DNA of 64,000 bases. Origin: Flavobacteriales bacterium. GTDB taxonomy: Bacteria; Bacteroidota; Bacteroidia; Flavobacteriales_C; GCA-002722245. This document shows, piece after piece, positions 30,453-39,465 of the stretch (position 1 is its first letter; each line of letters begins with the position of its first letter). The position numbers were made by a program, and so were the translations under genes. The notes beneath the pieces are model-generated. The model made no database searches and was not told the origin of the DNA. It saw only the letters and a list, made by a program, of their open reading frames with translations. The stretch spans positions 4,281-68,280 of the forward strand of contig CANFBW010000012.1 in the NCBI GenBank assembly GCA_947444925.1, in the 5' to 3' direction.

Positions 30453-30635
30453 ATGAAGCAATTTGTAATCATTGGTGCTGCTTGTATGACTTTGGCATCG
30501 GCAATTCAATTGAAAGCAGAATTTTCTGCGCCCAGCGCTATTGAAACTGGAACAGAAATGAGAAAGGGAAAGCGATTGGCAAAGTCAAAGTTGCGATCTC
30601 TTCTTTTTTTAAGTACTTCAAAAGGCACTAAATAA
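30453..30635 (+). CDS. Small ORF (60 aa) with a signal-peptide-like start; possible porin N-terminal remnant
   Basis: Fills the gap between nrtD and Crp/Fnr-2 and begins MKQFVIIGAACMTLASA. Confidence 0.3.
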   Translation: MKQFVIIGAACMTLASAIQLKAEFSAPSAIETGTEMRKGKRLAKSKLRSLLFLSTSKGTK

Positions 30636-30641
30636 ATTACT

Positions 30642-31331
30642 ATGGGAGATTGTTTTTCATGTCAAAATAGCAATTGCTTTATGAAGAAGAATTATGATGC
30701 GCATTCCTATGGCGAAGTGGTTAAGAATAGATTTTTATTGGATTGTAAAAAAGGACAGTCTTTTATAATTGAAGGCAGTCCAGTGCAAGGGATTTACTTT
30801 GTTTATTCGGGTCGGGCAAAAGTTACCCGCACTGGATCTAATGGAAAGGAGCAGGTGATTCGATTGGCAACTGATGGAGATATTATTGGTCACCGTGGTT
30901 TTAATCGTGGAACCGTTTATCCTATCGCGGCAACTGCGCTTGAAAACACTAAGCTTTGTTATTTTCATAACAAATATTTCACTGAAGAATTGCAAACGCA
31001 TAGTACGTTAACTTATGACATGATGTTGTTTTATGCCGATGAGCTGGATAAGAGTGAAGCGCGTTCAAAAAAATATGCGCAAATGAGTGTGCGTGAAAAG
31101 GTAATAGATACGCTCTTGGATATTTACGATCGTTTTGGACAAGACAGTAAAGGCTTGACTTTTGTGTTGTCACGCACTGAATTGGCAAATGTTGCAGGTA
31201 CAAAAAGCGAACAAACCATTCGTGTGCTCACTGCTCTTAAAAATGAAGGATTAATTCAATGTGAAAGCAAATATATTTTCATGCTTAATACAGTGGCATT
31301 GCGTGCTGAAATTGAAAAGTTTAATTTATGA
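30642..31331 (+). CDS. Crp/Fnr-family transcriptional regulator with N-terminal CxxCxxxxC (paralog 2)
   Basis: Colinear paralog of 20659-21363 with CFSCQNSNC and HTH LSRTELANVAGTKSEQTIR. Confidence 0.9.
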   Translation: MGDCFSCQNSNCFMKKNYDAHSYGEVVKNRFLLDCKKGQSFIIEGSPVQGIYFVYSGRAKVTRTGSNGKEQVIRLATDGDIIGHRGFNRGTVYPIAATALENTKLCYFHNKYFTEELQTHSTLTYDMMLFYADELDKSEARSKKYAQMSVREKVIDTLLDIYDRFGQDSKGLTFVLSRTELANVAGTKSEQTIRVLTALKNEGLIQCESKYIFMLNTVALRAEIEKFNL

Positions 31332-31540
31332 TTATCCGGAATCGTACCAGTAGATTCATGTATAGGGCGATAGATCCTTCAAAGACCGAAACTTCGTTTC
31401 TCCTCTTAATATCAAATCTCAGGAGGACAAATGCGAACAATTTTCTACATAGGTTTTTCGAGAATGATTGTCTTCCTGAGGTACTCCGAAGGATCTATCG
31501 CCACTTCTGTCACAAGACTGGTATAATTACGGATAATCAT
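31328..31540. repeat. 213-bp nested inverted-repeat element, copy 2
   Basis: IR1 31328-38/31530-40; IR2 31345-50/31518-23; IR3 GGCGATAGATCCTTC 31366-80/31488-502; IR4 31418-24/31474-80. Confidence 0.92.
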
Positions 31541-31552
31541 TTTAATTTTTAA
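31328..31552 (+). CDS. Putative small ORF (74 aa) running through the nested-IR element
   Basis: ATGA overlap with the Crp/Fnr-2 stop; shares MIIRN, DPSKTETSFLLLISNLR, PEVLRRIYR and DNH with the copy 1 ORF. Confidence 0.35.
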   Translation: MIIRNRTSRFMYRAIDPSKTETSFLLLISNLRRTNANNFLHRFFENDCLPEVLRRIYRHFCHKTGIITDNHFNF

Positions 31553-31688
31553 AATTACAGTGCACCTTTCCCGTATGGTGCATTTTGAAGGTCAAAGTTT
31601 AGCGGATACCGCTGCCAAGCGGCGAAGTATACCCTATGCGTTCCGCAACTTTGGCCTTTTTCTATAAATGTTCATGGTATTAAATTAA

Positions 31689-31717
31689 AAATGCGCACAG
31701 CCTCGCTGTGCGCATTT
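31689..31717. terminator. Intrinsic terminator hairpin
   Basis: AAATGCGCACAG-CCTCG-CTGTGCGCATTT, with A/T tracts on both sides. Confidence 0.75.
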
Positions 31718-31754
31718 CTATTTATTTATAAGCGACGATTTTACTTTACATCGA

Positions 31755-34184
31755 TTATTTTTGAATTGTGATTTGTTTTACTACATCACTGCTTCCGCTT
31801 TTTATATGCAAGAAGTAGAGACCATTGTCAATATCACTAACATTTAATTCAAGAATGTTAGATACATTGTTTTTTTGTTCATGTAAAACTACTCTGTTGA
31901 ATATGTCTGTTATTTCAACAGTTACCATTCCTTCTAAAGGCAAACTAAATTGTAAATTCAATTGACCTTGAGTTGGATTTGGATATACGATAATGTTTTG
32001 CGATGCAACTGTTGCAATGCTAGAGGATGCTTCAGCATATTGAACGGTAATACTTCCGCTATTAGTAGTGGTAGTTGCAGCTACAGGTGCATTTGTTCCG
32101 CAGTTCCCTACGATGAACGAATGAGGTGCATTGCTTGAGTTACGCTCAATACCAGTATTTCCAACACGATAAGTAAAGTAGAAAGTCACTGTTGATCCAG
32201 TTCCTATCGCAATTGATTTAGTGAAGTTGCTTCCTGATGGATCCATGTACATTCCAATAATTCCGCCATTGTCTATTTTATAGTAAATCAACGCCATTGT
32301 GCATCCAGCAATTGGAGCTCCCGGAATAAATTTGAAAGTACTCACTCCGCTTTGTGATGATACTTCATAAGTATAATCTCCGTTAGCTGCCGCACCCGTG
32401 CATCCTGTAGGATTATTGATTATACCTTCGCAGTTACCCATGATAAATGAATGGGGTGAAGCGCTGGAGTTTCTTTCTATACCTGTGTTTCCAACTCGGT
32501 ATGTGAAGTAAAAAGTAACGGTTGATCCTACAGGAGCAGATATAGTTTTAATGAAATTACTTCCTGATGCGTCCATGTACGTGCCGAAGATTGCACCGTT
32601 GTTGATTTTATAGTAAATCAATGCCATGCTGCATCCGGCGATTGGCGCACTTGGAATAAATTTGATCACAGTTGATCCATTTAATTTGCCCACTTCATAA
32701 GTGTAATCTCCGTTTGCTGCACTACCAGTACATACACCACCCGCAGGCGGAACATTACCTGATAATACGTAGTTGCCCATAGATCCGTAGTCAGAATATC
32801 CAGTTGTAGATACCGTTGGTCTTCCTGCGCCATCAACATAAACGTAGTAATCCCCTGCAGGTATACTCGGAAAATCTATTACTGCCGAAAGAACCGCATC
32901 TGGATTTACGGTTTGAATTGGAATACCGTTGACATCTGTTAATGTTAATGCGATATCTAAATCGGGTTGCGAAGATGCTGGACTTGCTTGCAGATGTAGC
33001 GGACCTCCTATGGTATGAAAGCGGAAAACATCTCTGTCAGCTGCAGTTGTTACTACGCCATTTACAAGAACGATACCATCGTTGTTTGGGTCAATATTTG
33101 CTGCAGAACCATCAAGATTATTGCTGTAGTCATCAGTGCGGAAAGTGAATCCATTAGTGGTGCCAATGACGTTGATGTCATTTTCTAAGTTATTGGCTGA
33201 AGGGTATTCGCCTTTGCTGAATTGAACCATATTTACATAGTAACCCACACCCATAATCGGTGCCCAGTTGCCATTGCCTTGGTAGTATGATTCAGGAGGA
33301 CTGATTCTGCCGTCGTGGCCCAAACCTAAAGTGTGTCCTGCTTCATGAGAACCAGCCTCGCCAGCTCCTTTTAAGCCACCATTGAAAACCCAACAAGGTG
33401 TTTCATTGCCCCATGTGAAACTGCCAATATATGCTACACCACCTGATCCCGGTGCTGCAGTATTTGTTGGTGTGAAAATCACGCGCATACGACGGTTGAT
33501 TGGGGCAGCATTGTAAACACTTTCATTGGTAGTGACATTCAGGTTGAAAGGGCGATAATCTTCGCTCATCATTTCCCAAATTTGTTGTACCAATAAATCG
33601 CTAAATCCAGATGGCGCTGCATTTATTGTGACTCCGCCATTCCAGTAAATACTTGTCACCACTTGTCCGTCAAAGTCAAGCAATAATGTAGCGGGCGCTG
33701 ATGGCCAACTTTGCAGGTTGGATACATCTATTGAAGCAAGGGTGTTGTTGCCTTTTACTACACTCGGTTTTTCATGGTGCTCATTTAATTCAATACACAA
33801 CAATTTATTAATGTCAGTAGCATCGATGTGTGCATTGCCATTTGCATCAGTTGTTAGTGAATAAGCCTGTTTTTGGTCTTTCAAAATAAAGGCTCCGCTT
33901 AAGTTTTTAGCATTGCCTTGCAAATAGAAAGAGGAATTGGGTGTGTTGGCAATAGAGCCACTGATGGAGGCGGCACCGTTATTCAATTTACTGACATTGA
34001 TGTTCAGTTCAAAGCTTTGATTTGCCGAAATTTGAATTTGCTGTGAATTCGAGGTTTTTCCCGAACTCGTTAGTTTGCCTAAAATAGAGGCGCTTGATTC
34101 AGTAGAATACGACTGTGCGTAGCCAGCTGAAATTTGCAGTATTAAAGTGCATAGCACTAAAAAACTACGTTTGATTTGTTTCAT
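31755..34184 (-). CDS. Metzincin (M12/reprolysin-like) metalloprotease with a PPC domain, two repeated beta-sandwich modules and a T9SS type A C-terminal domain
   Basis: HEAGHTLGLGHD zinc motif, WAPIMG Met-turn, and VYPNPT...GLYFL...KQITIQK. Confidence 0.82.
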   Translation of the reverse strand: MKQIKRSFLVLCTLILQISAGYAQSYSTESSASILGKLTSSGKTSNSQQIQISANQSFELNINVSKLNNGAASISGSIANTPNSSFYLQGNAKNLSGAFILKDQKQAYSLTTDANGNAHIDATDINKLLCIELNEHHEKPSVVKGNNTLASIDVSNLQSWPSAPATLLLDFDGQVVTSIYWNGGVTINAAPSGFSDLLVQQIWEMMSEDYRPFNLNVTTNESVYNAAPINRRMRVIFTPTNTAAPGSGGVAYIGSFTWGNETPCWVFNGGLKGAGEAGSHEAGHTLGLGHDGRISPPESYYQGNGNWAPIMGVGYYVNMVQFSKGEYPSANNLENDINVIGTTNGFTFRTDDYSNNLDGSAANIDPNNDGIVLVNGVVTTAADRDVFRFHTIGGPLHLQASPASSQPDLDIALTLTDVNGIPIQTVNPDAVLSAVIDFPSIPAGDYYVYVDGAGRPTVSTTGYSDYGSMGNYVLSGNVPPAGGVCTGSAANGDYTYEVGKLNGSTVIKFIPSAPIAGCSMALIYYKINNGAIFGTYMDASGSNFIKTISAPVGSTVTFYFTYRVGNTGIERNSSASPHSFIMGNCEGIINNPTGCTGAAANGDYTYEVSSQSGVSTFKFIPGAPIAGCTMALIYYKIDNGGIIGMYMDPSGSNFTKSIAIGTGSTVTFYFTYRVGNTGIERNSSNAPHSFIVGNCGTNAPVAATTTTNSGSITVQYAEASSSIATVASQNIIVYPNPTQGQLNLQFSLPLEGMVTVEITDIFNRVVLHEQKNNVSNILELNVSDIDNGLYFLHIKSGSSDVVKQITIQK

Positions 34185-34558
34185 TTTTGTAAAAATTTAT
34201 AGGTTAATAAATGAATTGAGAATGCTATCTATTTGTTTCCGCGATCACCGATACAATGCCCGTTTTTGTATTGATGAATTAAAAAGAAGTTTAAATAAAT
34301 AGCACTCTTTTTTTAGTTGCTTCAATATTAAATTCTTTAGCTTGATGCACTAGTGATCTTGTCATGCTTTTCTTTTGATCTGCGTCACTCAGACAATATT
34401 CATCTCCGTAGTTTTGGGATAAGTCTCAAAGAAATTCTACTGAAGATTTATTTGTGCTTGAAAGGCGTCTTTTTGGGAAATACTTAGCGCACGAAAGGGG
34501 GATATTAAGAGGTGGCTATTTGTCGGGACGTGTTGCCCATGGTTTTGTTGTAAATAAT

Positions 34559-34588
34559 AAATGCGCACAGTGTTCACTGTGCGCATTT
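34559..34588 (-). terminator. Intrinsic terminator hairpin with the same stem as 31689-31717
   Basis: AAATGCGCACAG-TGTTCA-CTGTGCGCATTT. Confidence 0.75.
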
Positions 34589-34612
34589 AGATTAAAGAAA
34601 AGTGAAAATCGC

Positions 34613-37303
34613 TTATTTTTGAATAACGATTTGTTTCACGATATCGCTGCTTCCATTGCTAATGTGAAGGAAGTAGAGTCCATTGTCGAGTGTAGTTGTA
34701 TTGATTTCAACTGTACTAGAAATGTATTTTTGTTCGTTATGCAATACAACTCTATTGAAAATATCAGACATTTCAATAGTGATTTTCCCTTCAGTAGGAT
34801 TGCTAAATTGTACGTTCAACTGATTTTGTGTTGGATTAGGATAAACTGCAATGTTTTGCGCTGCAATATTTTCAACATTGGTAGCTTCTCCTGCTTGTGC
34901 ATTGGCTCCGCAATTTCCAACAACAAATGAATGTGGCGCTGCACTTGAGTTTCTCTCGGCGCCAGTTGTTCCAACGCGATAAGTGAAGTAGAAGGTAAGT
35001 GTAGAGCCGGTGGCAACACTAATTGATTTGGTGAAATTTGCTCCTGATGGATCCATGTAGGTGCCGATAATTCCGCCATTGTCAATTTTGTAATAAATCA
35101 ATGCCATGTTGCATCCCGCGATTGGCGCTCCAGGGATAAATTTGATGCTACTCACTCCGCTTTGTGAATTGGCTTCATAGGTGTAGTCACCATTGGCTGC
35201 AGAACCAGTGCATCCTGGTGGATTGTTGATTACGCCGTCACAATTTCCAACAGTAAATGAATGTGGGGTAAGGCTTGAATTTCTTTCAATTCCAGTGTTT
35301 CCTGCTCGGTACGTGAAGTAGAAAGTAACTATAGATCCCGCAGGAGCAGAGAAGGTTTTGATGAAATTGCTTCCTGATGCTTCCATGTAAGCTCCTATGA
35401 TGGCTCCATTGTCAATTTTGTAATAGATCAATGCTGCTGTACATCCAGCGATTGGTGTTCCAGGAATAAATTTTATTTCTGTTGAACCATTTGATTTTCC
35501 TGCTTCGTAAGTATAGTCGCCGTTCGCTGCAGAGCCAGTGCAAACACCAGAACTAATTGGGTCTATATATATTACTACAGGGGCTGATACTGTGAATAAT
35601 TGAGGTGCTCCATTGTCGTAAGCAATTGCGCTTAAACGGTGTGAGCCAACTGTGTTAGAAGAAAAATTGATGCTGTATGGAGCAGCAGTCAGTGTTGCCA
35701 ATAAAGTGCTGTTGTCAAAAATTTCAACTTTTACAACACTGCCGTCAACATCGTTTGCAGTAACGTTAATTGGTATGTTGGCATTAGCGGCAAAATGTTG
35801 TGCTGCTATAGGATTCGTAATCACCACAGTTGGGGCTTGGTTAGTAGCGGAATAAGGAGGCACAGTGCCTTCTATTATGAAACTTCCAATTGATGCGTAA
35901 TCTGAATAACCATATGTGTTTACACTTGGTTTTCCAACGCCATCAATATAAACATAGTACGTTCCAGCAGGTAAATTTGGAAAAATTAAAGTTGCTGAAA
36001 GAATGTCGTCAGGACTAATGGTTTGCAATATTGTGCCATTGGCTGTTGTAAGTGTGAGTGCAATGTCCAAATTGGGTTGCGCAGAAGCTGTATGTGCATA
36101 TAAATTTAATGAGCCTCCACTGGTTTGAAAAGAAAATACATCTTGATCAGATTGTTTTTCAATTACACCGTTGATCAACACCGATCCATTGTGGTCCGGA
36201 TCAATAGCAGTTGCACTGCTTGGGAAATTGGAGTAGTCGTCGCTGCGGAAAGTAAATCCGTTTCCATTGCTAATGATGGCAATATCGTCTTCTTGATTAT
36301 TGGCAGCTGGGTATTCGCCTTTGCTGAATTGAACCATATTGACGTAGTAACCCACACCCATAATAGGTGCCCAGTTGCCATTTCCACCGTAGTATTGTTC
36401 AGCAGGACTATTTCTGCCATCGTGGCGCAAACCAACTGTGTGACCAAGTTCATGAGAGCCGGCTTCTCCAGCACCTTTCAATCCGCCATTGAAAACCCAG
36501 CAAGGCGTTTCGTTACCCCAAGAGAAACTACCAATATATGCTACGCCTCCTGATCCAGGTGCAGCGGTATTTGTTGGCGTAAATATGATGCGCATGCGTT
36601 GATTAGCAGGCGCGGCGTTGTAAACACTTTCACTGGTTGTGATGTTTAGGTTGAAAGGACGATAATCTTCGCTCATCATTTCCCAAATCTGTTGAATAAG
36701 CACATCGCTAAATCCCGATGGAGCAGCATTGATTGTGCTGCCATTGTTCCAGTAAATGCTATTTACCACTTGACCGTCGAAGTCTAGCAATACTGTAGCT
36801 GATGCTGATGGCCAGCTTTGTAAGTTTGAAATATCAGTACCTGCAAGTGTATTGTTTCCTCTAACTATGCTGTTTTTTTCATGATGTTCCTGCAATTCTG
36901 TACATAACAATTTATTGATGTCACTTGCTGCAATATGCGCATTTCCATAAGCATCTGTTGTCAATGTATAAGCTTGTTTTTGGTCTCTCAAAATGAAGGC
37001 GCCATTTAAATTTTTAGCGTTGCCTTGCAAATAAAATGAAGAGTTGGACTTGTTTGCAATTGCACCGCTGATGTTGGCGCTTCCATTGTTTAATTTGCTG
37101 ATATTGATGTTGAGTTCAAAGCTTTGGTTCGCCGAGATTTGAATGTGTTGTGATGTTGAGGTTTTTCCTGAGCTAATTAGTTGGCCTAATATGGACGCAC
37201 TCGATCCAATCGAGTAGTCTTGTGCTTGAGCGCAAACTGAATACACTATCCCTAGGGAGAGCGTAATTCCGCGCAGTAAATTTTGGAAACGATTTGTTTT
37301 CAT
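34613..37303 (-). CDS. Paralogous metzincin metalloprotease with an extra bacterial Ig-like domain and a T9SS type A C-terminal domain
   Basis: HELGHTVGLRHD, WAPIMG and an inserted NQAPTVVITNP...ANDVDGSVVKVE...APY module; otherwise colinear with 31755-34184. Confidence 0.82.
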   Translation of the reverse strand: MKTNRFQNLLRGITLSLGIVYSVCAQAQDYSIGSSASILGQLISSGKTSTSQHIQISANQSFELNINISKLNNGSANISGAIANKSNSSFYLQGNAKNLNGAFILRDQKQAYTLTTDAYGNAHIAASDINKLLCTELQEHHEKNSIVRGNNTLAGTDISNLQSWPSASATVLLDFDGQVVNSIYWNNGSTINAAPSGFSDVLIQQIWEMMSEDYRPFNLNITTSESVYNAAPANQRMRIIFTPTNTAAPGSGGVAYIGSFSWGNETPCWVFNGGLKGAGEAGSHELGHTVGLRHDGRNSPAEQYYGGNGNWAPIMGVGYYVNMVQFSKGEYPAANNQEDDIAIISNGNGFTFRSDDYSNFPSSATAIDPDHNGSVLINGVIEKQSDQDVFSFQTSGGSLNLYAHTASAQPNLDIALTLTTANGTILQTISPDDILSATLIFPNLPAGTYYVYIDGVGKPSVNTYGYSDYASIGSFIIEGTVPPYSATNQAPTVVITNPIAAQHFAANANIPINVTANDVDGSVVKVEIFDNSTLLATLTAAPYSINFSSNTVGSHRLSAIAYDNGAPQLFTVSAPVVIYIDPISSGVCTGSAANGDYTYEAGKSNGSTEIKFIPGTPIAGCTAALIYYKIDNGAIIGAYMEASGSNFIKTFSAPAGSIVTFYFTYRAGNTGIERNSSLTPHSFTVGNCDGVINNPPGCTGSAANGDYTYEANSQSGVSSIKFIPGAPIAGCNMALIYYKIDNGGIIGTYMDPSGANFTKSISVATGSTLTFYFTYRVGTTGAERNSSAAPHSFVVGNCGANAQAGEATNVENIAAQNIAVYPNPTQNQLNVQFSNPTEGKITIEMSDIFNRVVLHNEQKYISSTVEINTTTLDNGLYFLHISNGSSDIVKQIVIQK

Positions 37304-38106
37304 GCAATAGGTTTAGGTTTGTGATTAGATAATTGAAAGCGATATTTTCTTTCATTTTTGTGCAATGATAAGTACTGCATCTTTAGTTGGCAAGAAAAAA
37401 CAAATAAATATTTTTATTTAAGTACCTGTTAATCAGTTATTTAAGTGTAATTTATTTGCGCTTTATAAGCAATTTGCACTTTAGCTAAAGAGTTGATACG
37501 TAACACTTTTGACATGTGCCTCTATGTTTTCTTTTACACGTAAGAAACAATTATTGCATTATGAATGGAAACATTAGTAGGAAATGGATGTGTTTGTGTA
37601 AGATGCGAAGAAGGGGGGGGGTGTGTAGAAAGTTAAGTTTTCTGTCTTTTTATTGAGTGTCGTTCTATTGATTTTTTCTACGCTAAAAATTGATCAGCAT
37701 AATCTTATTGGTGCAAAATCATAAATGCCAGCCATCATTGGATCTGGCAATAGGTTAGCTGTTAACTTGTCCTTGTACGGAGTTAACAAGGGGTAGCGCG
37801 TTTGATGTTGTGTAGATATTTTTTAGCACGCGCGGCTTCGTCAGTTAATTTTAGAGGACTGTTTTCATTTTGTTGCTTATGTAGCAATACATGTGCATAA
37901 CCATCAAATTAAATAATATTTTTGGGAATTTGGCGGGTCGTTGAAATTCAAATAATTGGGTATGCTCCTTTGGCAACGACAAGGAGCTTAATTTAAGTAG
38001 CATAACTTCTTTCATTAATTGCCATGGTATCGGTTCGATTTTTTTAATTTGCTCTCGATCAATAGATCGTTAGCTTTTGTTGCTGCAATGCCTCTGCTAT
38101 CAATGC

Positions 38107-39465
38107 TTAAATGTATTGATTGATGATGTTTTCGAAGAGCTCTTGTTTTCCGCTTTTTAATAAAGGTTCTGGACTATTGGCGGCAATGTTTCTTAAGTCC
38201 TCAAAATTCAACTCTCCTTTTTCAAATCGGGCGCCATCGCCTCTGTCAAATGAAGCATATCTGTCGCTTCGCATTTTTTTGTAATCAGAATCTTCCAATA
38301 TGTTGTTGGCGACCAGCAATGCTCGGGCAAATATGTCCATACCTCCAATGTGAGCAATGAATAGGTCGTTTAAGTCTGTTGAATTTCGTTGTGTTTTCGC
38401 ATTAAAATTGATTCCGCCACCTTGAATCCCTCCATTTTCTAACAGTATCAGCATGGCTTCCGTGACCTCGCCGATATTGTTAGGGAATTGATTCGTGTCC
38501 CATCCATTTTGATAGTCGCCTCTGTTTGCATTTATGCTGCCTAATAAACAATGATCAGCCGCTATTTGTAATTCATGAGAGAAGGTATGTGAAGCCAACG
38601 TAGCATGGTTTGCCTCAATATTTAGTTTGAAGTCATTTAGTAAATTGAATTCTCTCAAAAACCCAATCACTGTTGCGCTATCAAAGTCATATTGGTGTTT
38701 AGATGGCGCCATTGGTTTTGGTTCAATAAGAAAAGACCCTTCAAAACCAATGCTTCTTCCATAGTCTCTAGCCATTTGTAAAAAACGAGCCATGTGTTCA
38801 AGTTCTCGCTTGGTATTTGTGTTCAAAAGCGACATGTATCCTTCTCTGCCGCCCCAAAAAACATAGTTTTTCCCACCCAAAGCGACTGTGGCGTCAAGCG
38901 CTGCTTTTACTTGCGCAGCGGCAAAAGACAGCACTGAAAAATCGGGATTTGTTGAAGCGCCATTCATATAGCGCGGATTTGAAAAGCAGTTGGCGGTTCC
39001 CCACAACAATTTAATTCCAGAAGCGGCCTGTTTTTGTTTAGCGTACTCCACCATTGTTGCTAAATTTTTTTCTGACTCAGAAACTGATTTTCCTTCTGGT
39101 GCTAAGTCAAAGTCGTGCCAGCAATAATACGGAACACCCAGTTTTGTCATAAATTCAAATGCAGCATCCATTTTGTTTTTTGCCATTTGAATTGGATTTC
39201 CTTTTTGCGTCCAGGGAAATTGTTTGGTGGCACAACCAAAAGAATCTCCACCTGCTTCACATAATGTTTGCCAGTAAGCTACTGAAAAACGCAAATGTTC
39301 TCTCATTGTTTTTCCAGCAACTACTCTGTTTGCATAGTAGTATTTAAAAGCCAATGGATTTCTTGAATCTTTGCCTTCGTAATGAATTTGATTGACTCCA
39401 GGGAAATATTCGTTGTCGCCAAGAATTACTCTAGAGGATCTTGTTTTAGTTTTAGTAAGTGGCAT
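38107..39465 (-). CDS. xylA: Class II xylose isomerase homologue with substituted metal ligands
   Basis: [21 protein letters not shown] and NIEANHA motifs are present, but it has GSINAN, WDTNQF and NFNAK in place of GSIDAN, WDTDQF and NFDAK. Confidence 0.85.
   Translation of the reverse strand: MPLTKTKTRSSRVILGDNEYFPGVNQIHYEGKDSRNPLAFKYYYANRVVAGKTMREHLRFSVAYWQTLCEAGGDSFGCATKQFPWTQKGNPIQMAKNKMDAAFEFMTKLGVPYYCWHDFDLAPEGKSVSESEKNLATMVEYAKQKQAASGIKLLWGTANCFSNPRYMNGASTNPDFSVLSFAAAQVKAALDATVALGGKNYVFWGGREGYMSLLNTNTKRELEHMARFLQMARDYGRSIGFEGSFLIEPKPMAPSKHQYDFDSATVIGFLREFNLLNDFKLNIEANHATLASHTFSHELQIAADHCLLGSINANRGDYQNGWDTNQFPNNIGEVTEAMLILLENGGIQGGGINFNAKTQRNSTDLNDLFIAHIGGMDIFARALLVANNILEDSDYKKMRSDRYASFDRGDGARFEKGELNFEDLRNIAANSPEPLLKSGKQELFENIINQYI

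Noticed and set aside
21364-31540. 213-bp elements as integron attC sites, IS/MITE ends or a composite transposon
   Set aside because: No RYYYAAC/GTTRRRY ends, no target-site duplication, and no integrase or transposase in the window. Both copies sit at the same position relative to paralogous genes. Not fully excluded without a genome-wide search.
34454-34930. 158-aa plus-strand ORF
   Set aside because: It is mostly antisense to the protease C-terminal domain, spans a terminator, and has no recognisable motif.
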